A stretch of 64,000 nucleotides of DNA from an uncultured Eubacteriales bacterium (GTDB lineage Bacteria > Bacillota > Clostridia > Christensenellales > UBA1242). The position numbers and the translations under genes were made by a program. The stretch spans positions 855-64,854 of the forward strand of contig CAOQYA010000004.1 in assembly GCA_948514155.1 (NCBI GenBank). The letters are read 5' to 3'. Position 1 is the first letter of the stretch, and each line of letters begins with the position of its first letter. Shown here piece by piece: positions 27,634-36,619 of the stretch. The notes below the pieces were generated by a model. That model was given only the letters and a program-made list of their open reading frames with translations, ran no database searches and was not told the origin of the DNA.

Positions 27634-30600
27634 ATGTATAAAAAAGTTGACACCAAACTCGATTTTGTGGGAAATGAAAAAGAAGTTCTTTCCTTTTGGA
27701 AGGAGAGGGGAATAATCGAAAAGGGCTTGCACCTGAATGAAAATTCGGGCAAGGTTTTTTCCTTTTATGAAGGCCCGCCAACTGCAAATGGCCTGCCGCA
27801 TATCGGCCATCCTTTAACCCGCTCAATCAAGGATGTCTTTCCGCGCTTTAAAAGCATGAAAGGCTATTTTGTGCCACGAAAAGCCGGCTGGGACACACAC
27901 GGTCTGCCGGTTGAGGTGGAAGTTGAGAAAAATCTTGGGCTTAACGGCAAGCAAGACATTGAAAAGTTTGGCGTTGACAAGTTTATCGCACTTTGCAAGG
28001 AGTCCGTTTGGAAATACAAGGGACTTTGGGAGAAAATCACCGACCGCATGGGCTACTGGATAGACATGAACGACCCTTACATCACATATGACAACAAATA
28101 TATCGAGTCAGTTTTCTGGGCGCTCAAAGAAATGGACAAGAAGGGGCTTATCTATGAGGGCCACAAGATTGTGCCATATTGCCCGCGTTGCGGCACCAGC
28201 CTCTCCAAAATGGAGGTTGAAAATGGCGACAACTACAAAAATCTTAAAGAAAACTCCATTTTCGTGCAAATGAAAAGTTGCGAAGAGGAGAACACATATT
28301 TCCTCGTCTGGACAACAACGCCTTGGACGCTTCCTTCCAATGTGGCGCTTTGCATGAACCCGAATGAAATCTATGCCAAGATTTATTCTAATGGCAAAAA
28401 CTATATCATGCTTAAAAAACTTATTCCTTCGCTTTTCGAAGAGGGGACATATAAACTTGTCTACGAAAAGAAGGGAAAAGAGTTTGAATTTCATAAATAC
28501 GAGCCGCTTTTTGACTATGTTAAATCGCAAGTCAAGAAAGCATATTTTGTGACTGTCGACGACTATGTCACCACCGAGGACGGCACGGGAATTGTGCATA
28601 TCGCTCCTGCATTTGGCGAAGAAGATTATCAAGTTGGCAGAAAATATGACCTCGACTTTGTTCAACTTGTTGACGAGGCGGGAAACATGTCTGGCAACAC
28701 CGATTTTGGAGGAATTTTTGTTAAGAAGGCAGATAAATTTGTAATTGAAAAACTGCAAAAGGAAGATAAAGTGTTTAAAGTCTTCCCATTTGAACACGCA
28801 TATCCTCACTGCTGGCGCTGCGGCTCTCCGCTGCTCTATTATGCCCACAAAGCCTGGTTTGTTAAAACTACGGCGATCAAGAACACACTTGTTAAGAACA
28901 ACGCCTCAGTTAAATGGCTGCCGGAGACGATTAAGCAAGGCCGCATGGGCAATTTCCTTGAAAACAACATCGATTGGGGAATTTCGCGAACAAGATATTG
29001 GGGAACACCGCTTCCTTTCTGGACCTGCGAGAATGGTCATAAACATGTTGTGGGAAGCGTGGAGGAACTTAAAAAATTATCTGGCGTCAGCGGCGAACTT
29101 GACCTTCACAAGCCGACACTTGATAAAATCACCTTTGCTTGTCCTGAGTGCGGCAAGAAAATGACCAGAACACCTGAAGTTATGGACTGCTGGTTTGACT
29201 CCGGCTCCATGCCTTTTGCGCAATATCACTATCCATTTGAAAATAAAGAACTTTTTGAAAAATCGTTCCCGGCCGATTTTATCGCTGAGGGAATTGATCA
29301 GACAAGGGGCTGGTTCTACACCCTGCAGGCGGTCAATTCTGCAGTGTTTGGCAAAAGCCCATACAAGACTTGCCAAGCAATCGGGCTTGTTAATGACCGC
29401 AACGGCATAAAAATGAGCAAGCACCTTGGCAATGGTATCGACCCATGGTCAATTCTCGACAAGGAAGGTGCGGACGCGCTTAGGTGGTATTTCTTCTACT
29501 CATGTGCGCCCGGCCAGGGACTATCGTTTAATGAGGATAATCTTATCGACCTACAACGCAAGTTCATGGGCACGCTTTGGAATGTGTATGCTTTCTATGT
29601 GCTCTATGCCGAAATTGATAAGTTCGACCCTTCGAAGATTAAACTTGAAGGTTGCAAGTTAAGCCTGCTTGATAGGTGGCTGCTTTCTAAATATAACGAA
29701 CTTATTTCACAGGTTGATAACAACCTTGAAAAATACGACCTTCAATCTGCGACGCGTGCAATCACAAGTTTTGTTGACGAACTTTCCAACTGGTATGTTC
29801 GCCGCAGCCGCGAACGCTTCTGGCTAAGTGGCATGGCAGACGATAAGAACGCGGCATTTAGAACGCTCTATGAAGTGCTCTCTTCGCTCACAAAACTTAT
29901 CGCGCCGTTTGTGCCTTTTATCGCGGAAAGCATCTATCAAAATCTTGTTCGCAGCGTGGATAAGTCTGCGCCGGAAAGTGTGCACTTCTGCGCATATCCA
30001 GTTGCCGACGAAAAACTGATTGACAAGAAACTTAATCGTGGCATGGAGAAGGTGCTCGATATCGTAATTCTCGGCCGCGCAACAAGGGCGGCAAGTTTAA
30101 TCAAAAATCGCCAGCCGCTTGCAAGCGTTATTGTTTGTTCGGCAAACAAGATTTCGCTTGATAAACAGCTTATCGACCTTATCAAAGACGAACTTAATGT
30201 TGAAGAAGTTCGCTTCAGCCACGACGCAGGCGTGTATGTGAATTTTGAACTTAAGCCGCAGCTTAAAACTTTGGGGCCAAAGTATGGCAAGCGCCTCGGT
30301 GAAATTAGAGAGTTCTTCTCCTCCTGCGACAGCGCGGCTGTGGTCGCTTCGCTTAGAAAGGGTGAAAATCTCTATATTGGCGACATGCTTCTAACAGAGC
30401 AAGATGTGCTTGTTGCTGTTAAGAATAAAGAGGGCTTTGTCAGCGAAAGCAACGGCGATGTGACAGTTGTTTTGGATGTGACACTCACAGACGAACTTAA
30501 AGAAAAGGGCACAATTCGCGATTTTATCTCCATCGTGCAACAGACGAGAAAGGACATTGGTCTTGAAGTGACCGACCATATCGCGATCACAATAAACGGC

Positions 30601-30744
30601 GACGAAGAACTTAAAAAACTTATTAAAGCCCATTCGCAAGTTGTTATGGCCGGCACCCTTTGCGACGAAATAACTTTCGGCGAAGGCAACTTTGAATTTG
30701 CCTCGAATGGCAAAATTATCAAATTTAATGTTAAAAAGCACTAA
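27634..30744 (+). CDS. ileS: isoleucine--tRNA ligase (type 2, ~1036 aa)
   Basis: HIGH (PHIGHP) and KMSKS (KMSKH) motifs and the CP1 editing domain. The length and a C-terminus without the type 1 zinc-binding tail fit type 2 IleRS. Confidence 0.95.
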   Translation: MYKKVDTKLDFVGNEKEVLSFWKERGIIEKGLHLNENSGKVFSFYEGPPTANGLPHIGHPLTRSIKDVFPRFKSMKGYFVPRKAGWDTHGLPVEVEVEKNLGLNGKQDIEKFGVDKFIALCKESVWKYKGLWEKITDRMGYWIDMNDPYITYDNKYIESVFWALKEMDKKGLIYEGHKIVPYCPRCGTSLSKMEVENGDNYKNLKENSIFVQMKSCEEENTYFLVWTTTPWTLPSNVALCMNPNEIYAKIYSNGKNYIMLKKLIPSLFEEGTYKLVYEKKGKEFEFHKYEPLFDYVKSQVKKAYFVTVDDYVTTEDGTGIVHIAPAFGEEDYQVGRKYDLDFVQLVDEAGNMSGNTDFGGIFVKKADKFVIEKLQKEDKVFKVFPFEHAYPHCWRCGSPLLYYAHKAWFVKTTAIKNTLVKNNASVKWLPETIKQGRMGNFLENNIDWGISRTRYWGTPLPFWTCENGHKHVVGSVEELKKLSGVSGELDLHKPTLDKITFACPECGKKMTRTPEVMDCWFDSGSMPFAQYHYPFENKELFEKSFPADFIAEGIDQTRGWFYTLQAVNSAVFGKSPYKTCQAIGLVNDRNGIKMSKHLGNGIDPWSILDKEGADALRWYFFYSCAPGQGLSFNEDNLIDLQRKFMGTLWNVYAFYVLYAEIDKFDPSKIKLEGCKLSLLDRWLLSKYNELISQVDNNLEKYDLQSATRAITSFVDELSNWYVRRSRERFWLSGMADDKNAAFRTLYEVLSSLTKLIAPFVPFIAESIYQNLVRSVDKSAPESVHFCAYPVADEKLIDKKLNRGMEKVLDIVILGRATRAASLIKNRQPLASVIVCSANKISLDKQLIDLIKDELNVEEVRFSHDAGVYVNFELKPQLKTLGPKYGKRLGEIREFFSSCDSAAVVASLRKGENLYIGDMLLTEQDVLVAVKNKEGFVSESNGDVTVVLDVTLTDELKEKGTIRDFISIVQQTRKDIGLEVTDHIAITINGDEELKKLIKAHSQVVMAGTLCDEITFGEGNFEFASNGKIIKFNVKKH

Positions 30745-30816
30745 AAAATTAAAAAAACACTTAATTTTAACTTAATTTTTACTTCTGTGTGTTAAAATTA
30801 AAATATCGAGGGCGGA

Positions 30817-31686
30817 ATGAAAGTAGCACAAGGCTGGAAGGACTTTGAAGTTCTCTCCACCGGCGACGGAAAGAAAATTGAAAACTGGGGCGGACATGTT
30901 TTGGTGCGCCCCGACCCACAAATCATTTGGGGGGATTTTTCTGCGCGAAGAAAAGAGTTTGAAAAAGATATCTGCGCCGAATACATGCGCTCTTCTTCGG
31001 GCGGCGGCTTTTGGGAGGAGAAAAAGCGTCTGCCAAGTCAGTGGACTTGCGCATGGAAAGATTTAAAGTTTATTGTTAAGCCCATGGGCTTTAAACACAC
31101 CGGCGTTTTTCCCGAGCAGGCTGTTAACTGGCAAAGGATGCAAGAACTTGTTGAAGGGGCAAAGAGAGAGATTAAAGTTTTAAATCTTTTTGCATACACC
31201 GGCGCGGCTTCTGTGGCCTGCGCTAGGGCGGGTGCTAAAGTCACACATGTGGATGCGGCAAAAGGCATGGTGGAGCGTGCAAAAGAAAATGCGGCCATTA
31301 ACAACATTTCAACAATTCGCTTTATTGTTGACGACTGCCAAAAATTTATCGAAAGAGAAATTAGACGCGGCAATTTCTATGACGCTATAATCATGGACCC
31401 GCCAAGTTATGGCAGAGGCCCAAGCGGCGAGATGTGGAAGATTGAAGATAACATATATGACTTTGTAAAACTCTGCAAAAAAGTGTTGTCCGATAAGCCG
31501 CTTTTTGTGTTGATAAATTCCTACACAACAGGGCTGCAAGCGGGAGTCATGAAAAATATCTTAAGTCTCATTTTTGGAGGCGAAGGCGTTGACGCTGACG
31601 AGATAGGCCTTGCAACGAGAGAGGGCATTGTGCTTCCTTGCGGCAACAGCGCGTTTAAGATTTGGAAAACTAAGGGGAAGAAATAA
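30817..31686 (+). CDS. class I SAM-dependent RNA methyltransferase (RlmI/RlmK-like catalytic domain)
   Basis: 289 aa with a SAM loop (VLNLFAYTGAAS) and the DPPSYGRG motif. Confidence 0.7.
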   Translation: MKVAQGWKDFEVLSTGDGKKIENWGGHVLVRPDPQIIWGDFSARRKEFEKDICAEYMRSSSGGGFWEEKKRLPSQWTCAWKDLKFIVKPMGFKHTGVFPEQAVNWQRMQELVEGAKREIKVLNLFAYTGAASVACARAGAKVTHVDAAKGMVERAKENAAINNISTIRFIVDDCQKFIEREIRRGNFYDAIIMDPPSYGRGPSGEMWKIEDNIYDFVKLCKKVLSDKPLFVLINSYTTGLQAGVMKNILSLIFGGEGVDADEIGLATREGIVLPCGNSAFKIWKTKGKK

Positions 31687-32369
31687 TGCAAGTTGTATAT
31701 GAAGATAATCACATCATTGTTGTAATCAAGCCGCAAAATCAGCCGTCACAGAAAGACGAGTCGGGAGACCTTGACCTTTTGAGCGAAGTTAAAGAATATG
31801 TGAAGGAAAAATATAACAAGCCGGGTGAGGCGTTTATTGGACTTGTACATCGTCTCGACAGGCCGACCGGCGGGCTTATGGTGTTTGCACGAAATTCTAA
31901 GTCTGCAGAAAGGCTTTGCAAGCAGATGCAAGAGGGGAAGTTTAACAAGACTTATTATGCCGTTGTGGACGGCAAGGTGTTGAAGCCGTCCGAAAGGCTG
32001 GTGCACTATCTTAAGAAGGACGAGAAAAATAATATCGTCAAAGTTTGCCCCGCTCTTGAAGAGGGTGCGAAAAAGGCGGAACTTGTTTACAAAACTCTTG
32101 AGAGGACAGACAATAGGTCATTAATGGAAATTCGCATTCTCACTGGGCGCTCGCATCAAATTCGGGTGCAACTTTCAAGTATAGGCTTCCCAATTTTTGG
32201 CGATATGAAATACAATAAAAAGGCCTCAAAAGGAAATCTTGCACTTTGGGCGGGCAGACTGGAGTTTACTCACCCTGTAACGAAAGATAAAATGGTCTTT
32301 GTCTCTTCTCCGGACGAAGGCAAGATGCCATGGAAAGATTTTAAAATTTCTAAATATTTCGTGAGGTGA
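31686..32369 (+). CDS. RluA family pseudouridine synthase
   Basis: HRLDRPTGGLMVFA catalytic Asp motif and GRSHQIRVQL. Confidence 0.85.
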   Translation: MQVVYEDNHIIVVIKPQNQPSQKDESGDLDLLSEVKEYVKEKYNKPGEAFIGLVHRLDRPTGGLMVFARNSKSAERLCKQMQEGKFNKTYYAVVDGKVLKPSERLVHYLKKDEKNNIVKVCPALEEGAKKAELVYKTLERTDNRSLMEIRILTGRSHQIRVQLSSIGFPIFGDMKYNKKASKGNLALWAGRLEFTHPVTKDKMVFVSSPDEGKMPWKDFKISKYFVR

Positions 32370-32371
32370 AA

Positions 32372-34138
32372 ATGAAAAGAAGTCAAGTTGCTTCCAGATA
32401 CAAGTGGGACTTAAGTCAGTATGCAAAAAGTGAAGAAGATTTTCTTGCTCGGGCGAGAGCGCTAAAGAAATATCCCGATATTTTCAAAAAATATGAAAAC
32501 AAACTTTCAGACGATAAAAAACTTTTGGAAGTTTTGAATTTATCAAGCGAATATGCAAAAGAGGTGAGTCTTCTTGCCAATTTTGCGCAGCGAAAACTTG
32601 ACGAAGATTTAAATAATAGCCGCGCGAATGAAAATTTGCACATGCTTTTAAAGATTGACAATGACATCTCAGTTGCATCCTCTTTTATCACGCCGGAGAT
32701 TTCCGCTTTTTCGGACGAAAAGTTAAGCGCGCTGCAAAATGACAAGCGTTTTAAAGCGCATAGATTGTTTTTTAAGGACATCATTAGAGAAAAGCCACAC
32801 ATCTTGCCAAAGGCGGAGGAAAAACTGCTTTCCGGAATGGGCGAGTTTTTGGGTGGCTTTAGTGATAATCACGACAACTTTTCTGACGCCGACCTGAAAT
32901 ACAATGATATCAAAGACAGCCGCGGCAAAAATTATTCTTATCACTCTTCCAAATATGGACTTTACTTGAGAAGTGCGGACAGGCAGCTTAGGAAAAACGC
33001 TTTCAACGAACAAAATGGCGCATATGGGCGATATATCAATTTCCTTGCGGGAAATTATATTTCAGATGTTAAAGCCGACTGCTATTTTGCAAAGATTAGA
33101 AATTACAACTCGGCGCTTGAGCGTGCCATTCATGGCGAGGAGGCAAGTGTTAAGGTCTATAATCTGCTTATCGAATGTATTCACGAAAACCTGCCGATTT
33201 TATACAAGTTCTATGAAAAGAAAAGGCAGATTTTGGGGCTTGATAAGTTTTACATTTTCGACCAAGCCGCTCCGATTGGCAAGGGCTCGGCAAAAAAATA
33301 TGGCTATGACGAAGCTATTGAACTAATAAAAGATGCGGTCAAGCCTTTGGGCGAAGAATATGTTTCCCTTATTCAAAAAGCCAAGGACGAAAAGTGGATT
33401 GATGTTATGCCAAATGACGGCAAGGCGGGCGGAGCATATTCGTCCTCTTCATATGGCGCAAATCCAATTGTGCTGACAAATTTCACCGGCAATTTTGAGT
33501 CTGTTAGCATTTTAGCGCATGAACTTGGACATGCGATGCATTCTTATTTTTCACAGCGCGTTCAAATTTTTGAGGAAAGCGACTATGTTATCTTCGTGGC
33601 GGAGGTCGCATCAACTGTCAACGAAATGCTTTTAAGATTAAAGAAACTTAATGAAAGTCGTTCGCTTATAGAGAAGCGAGAGATTATCGACGACATTTTC
33701 TGTGATGTTAAAAGCACAATCTTCAGACAGACAATGTTTGCCGAATTTGAAGAATGGGTGCATGCCGAATATGAGGCCTCGCGTCCACTTTCTAAAGACA
33801 GATTGTGCCAAAAATATTTGGAACTTAACAAACTTTATTTTGGTAAAAAAGTGGCACTTACAAAAGAGACCCAATATGAATGGGCAAGAATTCCGCATTT
33901 CTTTAGGCCATTCTATGTCTACAAATATGCCACCGGTCTTATCAGTGCGCTCAACATTGTTAGCCGCATTTTGAATGGCGAGGAGGGTGCAGTAGAAAAA
34001 TATCTAAAATTCCTTTCTGCGGGCTGCACGAAGGACCCAATATCGCTTTTGAGGGATGCGGGATGTGACCTGGAGAAAAAGGAAACTTTTGACGAAGTGT
34101 TTGCTCTGCTGAAAAGGCTGCTTTGCGAATTTAAATAG
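32372..34138 (+). CDS. pepF: oligoendopeptidase F (M3B)
   Basis: HELGHAMH zinc motif and ~590 aa. ATG 32372 preferred; a GTG at 32366 is also possible. Confidence 0.9.
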   Translation: MKRSQVASRYKWDLSQYAKSEEDFLARARALKKYPDIFKKYENKLSDDKKLLEVLNLSSEYAKEVSLLANFAQRKLDEDLNNSRANENLHMLLKIDNDISVASSFITPEISAFSDEKLSALQNDKRFKAHRLFFKDIIREKPHILPKAEEKLLSGMGEFLGGFSDNHDNFSDADLKYNDIKDSRGKNYSYHSSKYGLYLRSADRQLRKNAFNEQNGAYGRYINFLAGNYISDVKADCYFAKIRNYNSALERAIHGEEASVKVYNLLIECIHENLPILYKFYEKKRQILGLDKFYIFDQAAPIGKGSAKKYGYDEAIELIKDAVKPLGEEYVSLIQKAKDEKWIDVMPNDGKAGGAYSSSSYGANPIVLTNFTGNFESVSILAHELGHAMHSYFSQRVQIFEESDYVIFVAEVASTVNEMLLRLKKLNESRSLIEKREIIDDIFCDVKSTIFRQTMFAEFEEWVHAEYEASRPLSKDRLCQKYLELNKLYFGKKVALTKETQYEWARIPHFFRPFYVYKYATGLISALNIVSRILNGEEGAVEKYLKFLSAGCTKDPISLLRDAGCDLEKKETFDEVFALLKRLLCEFK

Positions 34139-34275
34139 GGTGGCGCGCCTGTGCCCGAAAGGCCGCAGGCCTTTCGGGCGTGCCCACGGTGCGGACGCGG
34201 CTTGAAAAGCCGTGCCGCCCCGTGGGCGGGGCCGCCTTTTTTTCTCAAAAAAAGGCGGCGACATGCGCGCCCCGA
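34139..34275 (-). repeat. GC-rich structured intergenic element (three hairpins closed by a GCGCGC stem), copy B
   Basis: Closing stem GGCGCGC (34142-34148)/GCGCGCC (34265-34271) encloses hairpins at 34153-34179, 34182-34227 and 34231-34259. Its reverse complement begins like copy A (TCGGGG-GCGCGC...GCCNCCTT). Confidence 0.7.
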
Positions 34276-34286
34276 GACCATCCGAT

Positions 34287-34319
34287 AAAAAACGCTTAAG
34301 AATTCTCTTAAGCGTTTTT
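34287..34319. terminator. bidirectional rho-independent terminator
   Basis: Perfect 14-bp stem AAAAACGCTTAAGA/TCTTAAGCGTTTTT with a 4-nt loop, between convergent pepF and the Cys-rich gene. Confidence 0.8.
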
Positions 34320-34320
34320 C

Positions 34321-34524
34321 CTAACATTTTTGCCCGAGCAAGAACCCTCCCGCGAAAATAAGTAGGCTCATAGGGATTGCAACATTTATGCAGCCGCAAG
34401 AGCCTCCACACGGCATGGGACAAGAACATCCATAATGCGGCGGAAAGGGTGGAGGGCAGCACGGGGAACAAAAATTGTGGCACGGCATGTCAAAATAGCA
34501 GCCTTGCCTATAGCACTGTGTCAT
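34321..34524 (-). CDS. small Cys/Pro-rich protein with a C-terminal hydrophobic segment (67 aa)
   Basis: ATG 34524 lies 6 nt after GGAGGTG. It has 12 Cys (CSPCC, GCSCPMPCGGSCGC) and many Pro, then INVAIPMSLLIFAGGFLLG. Confidence 0.6.
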   Translation of the reverse strand: MTQCYRQGCYFDMPCHNFCSPCCPPPFPPHYGCSCPMPCGGSCGCINVAIPMSLLIFAGGFLLGQKC

Positions 34525-34626
34525 TGTAAGCACCTCCCATAATCATGATATTAGCGGGAAGTTTTTAAAGTGCATCAGAAAAACATTAGGAGCAAAGTTT
34601 CTTTAAACTGTTTCAGACAAAGTATG

Positions 34627-35385
34627 CTATTTAACAAACATATTGCCGATTGTTTTAATAAACCAAGATTTTGGCACAAGACGAGAGATAAAATAAAGAT
34701 ATTTTTGTTTGCCAATGATAATCTGCGGCTTTAGTTTTTTCTTTTCGATAAATCTTGTCATTTTCTTGACCGCATATTCCACGCTCATGCGTTTATCTTC
34801 GTGGCTGTCGATATGGCTAGTCGACTTTTCCACGCTGTCGCCATATCGCGAATTAGTTGCAAAGTCTTTCACTCTGTTTTTTGTGAATGCAGTTTTAACT
34901 TCGCCGGGACAGATTGCCGCAACTTGAATGCCTGTGTTTTTAAGTTCCATTCTCAAGCCGTCTGTTATCATGCTCACAGCCGCCTTGCTTGCGCAATAAT
35001 ATGACCTGAAAGGAAGAGGAAACAGCGCGCAAGTTGAACTTATGTTGATAATCTTGCTTTTTTCTTTCATAAGCGGAAGCGCCCTCTTTGTTACATCCAC
35101 AAGCGCGAAAAAGTTGAGGTCAAACTGCTTTTTGATTTCCTTTTCGCTTGTAAGTTCCACCGCGCCAGAAAGCCCTTGCCCAGCGCAGTTGATAAGAATA
35201 TCAAATTTCTCATTTTCAAACTTTTTGAAAGCCGCATTTAGCGCGTCCTTATTAGTTATGTCACATGGCAAATCTTCGCTGCGGCGCGATAGGTCAAAAA
35301 CTCTGTCGCCAGCGCGCAGGAAATATTCTTTTAGGCCCGCGCCTATTCCGCTTGAGCCGCCTGTGATTAAGATTGTTCTATTCAT
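34627..35385 (-). CDS. SDR family oxidoreductase
   Basis: TGGSSGIG, NCAG and YCASKAA motifs. ATG 35385 has AGGAGAA upstream. Confidence 0.85.
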   Translation of the reverse strand: MNRTILITGGSSGIGAGLKEYFLRAGDRVFDLSRRSEDLPCDITNKDALNAAFKKFENEKFDILINCAGQGLSGAVELTSEKEIKKQFDLNFFALVDVTKRALPLMKEKSKIINISSTCALFPLPFRSYYCASKAAVSMITDGLRMELKNTGIQVAAICPGEVKTAFTKNRVKDFATNSRYGDSVEKSTSHIDSHEDKRMSVEYAVKKMTRFIEKKKLKPQIIIGKQKYLYFISRLVPKSWFIKTIGNMFVK

Positions 35386-35434
35386 ATTTTCTCCTAAATT
35401 CATTATACATTATTTTGATATATTTGCTAAATAT

Positions 35435-35463
35435 TTGACAAAATTTTTATAAAGTGCTATCAT
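35435..35463 (+). promoter_or_regulatory. sigma-A-type promoter
   Basis: TTGACA, a 17-nt spacer, then TATCAT with a TGC extended -10. Confidence 0.45.
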
Positions 35464-35516
35464 TCGAATGATAAAAAAATTGTAACTGAATAGAATAAAG
35501 GAGAAAAGAGGTTATT

Positions 35517-36095
35517 ATGAACAGAACAAAACAAATTCTTATTAAGATTAGCGGCATTTTGTCAATTCTTGAAGCGGTTGGCCTTATTATCGCAACAATC
35601 GTTACCGCTTTTGGCTTTGGCTATATTGGAGTTATCAATGACGGCCTTAATCAAATCGATCCAGGCAATGGGGCATGGGAGCCGGCTGTGAACATGACTG
35701 CTGGAGTGCTTGTTTTTATTGTTATCATTGAAGTTATCTTTGCAACACTTGCTCTTGTTGGCGGAATTCTTTTGCTTAAGTCTGTTTCAGACCCAAATAT
35801 GTTTAAAAATAAAAAAGGACTTTACACAGGCGGTGCAATTTGCACAATCATTGCTTCGGGTGCCATTGGGCTTTCGGCAATTCTTCTCTATGTATCATTT
35901 GCACTTAGAGACGAGCCTGAAGTTTACGCTCAGCCAAACACAATCGATGTGCAGCCTGGGCAATCTCAAAAATCGACCATGTCAGACGAGCAAATTAAAT
36001 CTCAAATGGATGTTTTAAGAGAAATGAAAGAGCGCGGAGAAATCTCAAATGAAGAGTTCAAAGAAATGATGTTTGAACTCATTAAAAAATCATAA
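35517..36095 (+). CDS. multi-pass membrane protein with a C-terminal SHOCT domain
   Basis: Several hydrophobic segments, then LREMKERGEISNEEFKEMMFELI, the SHOCT-type short C-terminal motif. Confidence 0.65.
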   Translation: MNRTKQILIKISGILSILEAVGLIIATIVTAFGFGYIGVINDGLNQIDPGNGAWEPAVNMTAGVLVFIVIIEVIFATLALVGGILLLKSVSDPNMFKNKKGLYTGGAICTIIASGAIGLSAILLYVSFALRDEPEVYAQPNTIDVQPGQSQKSTMSDEQIKSQMDVLREMKERGEISNEEFKEMMFELIKKS

Positions 36096-36100
36096 TTAAA

Positions 36101-36129
36101 GAAAAAACCGATTAAATATCGGTTTTTTT
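36101..36129. terminator. bidirectional rho-independent terminator
   Basis: Stem CCGAT/ATCGG flanked by an A-run and a T-run. It overlaps the tadA stop codon. Confidence 0.65.
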
Positions 36130-36561
36130 ACGCTTTTTTTTGAAAAAGTTGGATAATAGCTGCTGCGCGCGCTTGTTTGGCATATATTCAATTTCCACTT
36201 TGTGATTAAGTCTGTTTGAGGAAAGAATGATTGGCATCAGCCTGTCGCCAGAGGTTTTTTCTTCGGCGGCATAGATAAGTTTTTTAATTCTGGCATTGGC
36301 GATTGCGCCCGCGCACATTGGGCAGGGCTCCAGTGAAACATATATTTCGCAGTTTTCAAGCCGCCAAGACTTAAGTTTTTTGCAAGCCTTTTCGATTGCA
36401 ACGATTTCGGCATGCTTTGTTGCCGACTGCTTTTTTTCGCGGCAATTGCAGCCTTTTGAAATGATTTTTCCGTCGCAAACAATGATAGCGCCAACGGGAA
36501 TTTCTCCCTTTCTGCCTGCCTTTTCTGCAAGATTTATTGCCTCTTCCATAAACATGTTCAT
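36112..36561 (-). CDS. tadA: tRNA-specific adenosine deaminase TadA
   Basis: HAE and PCPMCAGA zinc-binding deaminase motifs; 149 aa. Confidence 0.9.
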   Translation of the reverse strand: MNMFMEEAINLAEKAGRKGEIPVGAIIVCDGKIISKGCNCREKKQSATKHAEIVAIEKACKKLKSWRLENCEIYVSLEPCPMCAGAIANARIKKLIYAAEEKTSGDRLMPIILSSNRLNHKVEIEYMPNKRAQQLLSNFFKKKRKKTDI

Positions 36562-36619
36562 GCTGATATTTTATACAAAAAAGTTTTGTTTGTCCAGCAA
36601 AATAGTGTATACTTTTTAT

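Noticed and set aside
33919-34483. Minus-strand ORFs of 120 and 159 aa spanning the pepF 3' end, the GC-rich element B and the Cys-rich gene region
   Set aside because: They cross a strong bidirectional terminator and the structured repeat and have a low-complexity Arg/Gly/Ala/Pro composition. The short 67-aa ORF with a perfect SD explains the coding signal better.
36296-36619. The 5' 108 codons of the 444-aa plus-strand ORF, which overlap tadA
   Set aside because: This stretch is antisense to a well-supported tadA. The CPBP homology begins after ATG 36620, in the intergenic region.
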